From Asterionella formosa (lineage: Eukaryota): DNA of 35,309 bases. Below the pieces are notes generated by a model that searched no databases, was not told the origin of the DNA, and saw only the letters and a program-made list of their open reading frames with translations. The first letter of the stretch is position 1; each line of letters starts with the position of its first letter. The translations under genes and the position numbers were made by a program. Shown here piece by piece: positions 32,865-35,309 of this stretch. The stretch lies in the NCBI GenBank assembly GCA_002256025.1, contig NKIB01000094.1, positions 1 through 35,309 of the forward strand, given 5' to 3'.

Positions 32865-34169
32865 CAGCAAGTTGCGGTCATTTTGCCAAAACTGAAATGC
32901 GTCAGGCGCTCAAATTAGACTCCCAGTATGGTAATATTACATTGACATTCAGAAATTTCGAACGGTTTTACGCTGGCCCGATAATTTCATTTCTATCAAA
33001 ATCAATTTTTAAAGAATGATTTTCTGAAGAAAAAGAGATTCCCAAACGTTGCAACAATTGTGGGGTTTTCCCCCAATCTCAATTTTGAGTGTCAAGATTC
33101 CTTAATCTAGAAATCTCCTCATTTACGTGCATTTCATACAAAATACCCTGTATAGAAGTGCAAAGGGCAATGGTACATATCCTGTGACCATACACAACAG
33201 GCATGTGCTGTACATATTTACAGAAAATTTTGAATATAAGAAATTTCCCATTACCAGTCACTTAGCAGACCATCATGAAAAACAGATGATTCTGAGTTTT
33301 TGATTTTGTACAACTACTGAACACTTTTATTAGTTCTTAGATAGGATACAAGTATTGCTACCAAGTTGTGAAACCATAATTCACCTAGCTTTGAAATTCA
33401 TAGCAAAATAGCTAAAATAGAAAATCGGCAGAAGCAACATGGCGCTTGACTGCAGTGACAATATCTCCATGATTAACTGCCAGATCAAAACCTGGATTGC
33501 TTGTACATAGCTGTTTGTAGATCAAATAGCCAAAAACTACAACATCAAGAACTGAAAACAGCAATTGATTCATAATTCGTGATTTATCTGTTTACAATAT
33601 GCATATCATCATTTTCATGATGTTGCTACTACTACTACTAGTCCTGGCAAACATCATGTTCCAAGAACATACATATGCAGAACAATTAGCATTACATACC
33701 AGTATATATGTATTGCATTAGTACACCAGTATACATACAGCGCTAGTAAATACGTATTCAGGAATGTAGATACTACATATATTCTACATCAAAACACTGG
33801 TATATTTGTTCCCAAACATTTTTAGTCATTGCATAATATACACATGTACTCATTGGTGGTTGGTATATGTATTCTATGATTGCTCTGTGCCTCAAACCCT
33901 GATGGAATCTAGCTCTCCATTAAAACCACCCAATCTTTTTGATTGGTAGGTTTGGATTGGGGGGCTTGAGATTGGGGGAATATGTTTCACTCTAAAATAA
34001 TTCTTGCAAATTCAAATTCCAGCACAATTGTATGCAAAACAATCATGCCATGAATGAAAGATAACCACTGTTTGAGTTGGCCAGCATGTTTATTCAATTA
34101 TTGGATCAGCAGGCATGAATATCCATGATGTCCAAATCATCATTTTGGCAAATGTACAGCAACTTCCTG
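32865..34169. mobile_element. Probable non-autonomous TIR DNA transposon (Tc1/mariner-like ends)
   Basis: The left end TA|CAGCAAGTTGCGGTCATTTTGCCAAAA (32865-32891) matches the reverse complement of 34143-34169 (CAGGAAGTTGCTGTACATTTGCCAAAA) at 22/27 positions. The interior is AT-rich and non-coding. The right flank is GTA, so the TA duplication is imperfect. Confidence 0.5.
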
Positions 34170-34191
34170 GTAGTGTAGACTGTAGGTTCAA

Positions 34192-35309
34192 TTATGTAAT
34201 CATCAGTGGGTTCACTAAACCTATCCCCAATGGGTCCCTTTCCATAAGATCCAAGCCATCTGACTTCTTCGTTTTTTTTAAATTAAAAATTGCACCATTC
34301 TTCTTAGGGATTTCACTGTCTTCCCCATAGTGTTTATTGCCAAGTAACACATCTGGATCACTAACAGTCCTTGCTCGTGCTCTACAATTTTTCAGCCGAC
34401 CAAATAATCTGTTGTCTCCTCCCCTTGACTCTTGCACTGACTTGTATCCTTCCCCGAAGTCATTGGCATCTTCGTCGCCAAATGCTTGGTCATCATTTAT
34501 GCCTTGATGGTTAGCTTGCACTTGAGCAGTAAGCATCCTGCCACCATTGCTGAACTCATGTGACATGTTGTTATCTTCCATTAGATCCTTAGTTTCCATA
34601 TCTCCCGTTTCCAGGGTTACCCTTCTGTTTCGTTTCTTGCAGTAGAAATAGCTACCAGCACCTCCAATCACAACCAGCAGCAAGAGGACAATGAACGCAA
34701 TAAAAGCAGTCGATAAGACAAAGGACGTTGATTGAAGTACCTGTGAGGCGTTCCCCGGTCCTGTTAAAGCGGTCATACCAGGTTCTCCGGCGATGTTGGA
34801 AGGCACCATAGATGGCGCTGTTGTTGGATAAGCAAAGTCAGTCCCTGGCACAAGACATTTGGTAGACTCAAAAAGTGTACAGAAGCCATCACAAGTACCG
34901 CTGTCGAAGCAGCTTCCAGAAGTCTCACTAAATATGTCTGAGCAATTACTTCCAGCAATGTTGGTCATTCCAAAATTATCTTGATTCAACTTTAGTTTTG
35001 CACCTGAAGCCAAGAATATGCTCCCGGGAAAGCTAGAGTCGTTCTCAACAAAACAAGAAGTAGAAATGATTATTGACGCTCCGAATCTTCCAATGATGAC
35101 AGCAGCTTGTAAGCCCGTGCTGCCGACGAAAGTAGTGCGAATGAATTGGGAGGAACCACCAACGTTGAAAACTACGGCAGTGGTTGCTTCATTGTCAACA
35201 AACTGACAGGAATCGAAGGCCACTACCATTGATTCAGAAGTAGGAAGGCTTAGAGTTCCAAGGTCTGATTGATCGGTATACGCTTCGCCAGCATCCTGGT
35301 TGTAAATTA
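34192..35309 (-). CDS. 3' part of a third paralogous beta-helix-module type-I membrane protein (continues beyond the window)
   Basis: The frame is open to the window edge (IYNQDAGEAYTDQSDLGTLSLPTSESM-VVAFDSCQFVDN) and matches the last module of the other two paralogs (VYNEESGEPY...PPSEQSM; VYNEVIAGSVY...PPKDLSM). It also has C...G.C.G.C..F....C, PTTAPS, a TM segment FIAFIVLLLLVVIGGAGSYFYC-KKRNRR and an acidic tail. Confidence 0.9.
   Translation of the reverse strand, partial: IYNQDAGEAYTDQSDLGTLSLPTSESMVVAFDSCQFVDNEATTAVVFNVGGSSQFIRTTFVGSTGLQAAVIIGRFGASIIISTSCFVENDSSFPGSIFLASGAKLKLNQDNFGMTNIAGSNCSDIFSETSGSCFDSGTCDGFCTLFESTKCLVPGTDFAYPTTAPSMVPSNIAGEPGMTALTGPGNASQVLQSTSFVLSTAFIAFIVLLLLVVIGGAGSYFYCKKRNRRVTLETGDMETKDLMEDNNMSHEFSNGGRMLTAQVQANHQGINDDQAFGDEDANDFGEGYKSVQESRGGDNRLFGRLKNCRARARTVSDPDVLLGNKHYGEDSEIPKKNGAIFNLKKTKKSDGLDLMERDPLGIGLVNPLMIT

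Overview
Eukaryotic nuclear DNA, most likely a diatom or related stramenopile. This is inferred from short GT-AG introns, Ambal-type LINE motifs and Ser/Thr/Pro-rich Cys-repeat membrane proteins. The window holds a co-oriented (minus-strand) cluster of three paralogous giant single-pass membrane proteins built from a ~270-300 aa Cys-rich, beta-helix-like module: a 5-exon ~1524-aa gene at 10907-15785, an intronless 2224-aa ORF at 19448-26122, and the 3' end of a third at 34192-35309. A TCAIM-like (DUF4460/DUF4461) gene lies at 17685-19151. The rest is mostly decayed transposons: a pogo/Tigger element, a truncated PIF/Harbinger element, a ~6-kb Ambal-like LINE (APE-RT-RNase H-zinc finger) with a nested LINE 3' end, two more LINE 3' fragments, a foldback palindrome, a probable TIR-bounded non-autonomous element and a tRNA-Ala-derived sequence. 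The most notable observations are the repeat-protein cluster with RxL-like loops and a structured 3'-terminal motif conserved across three LINE copies. All assignments come from manual reading; no database searches were run.
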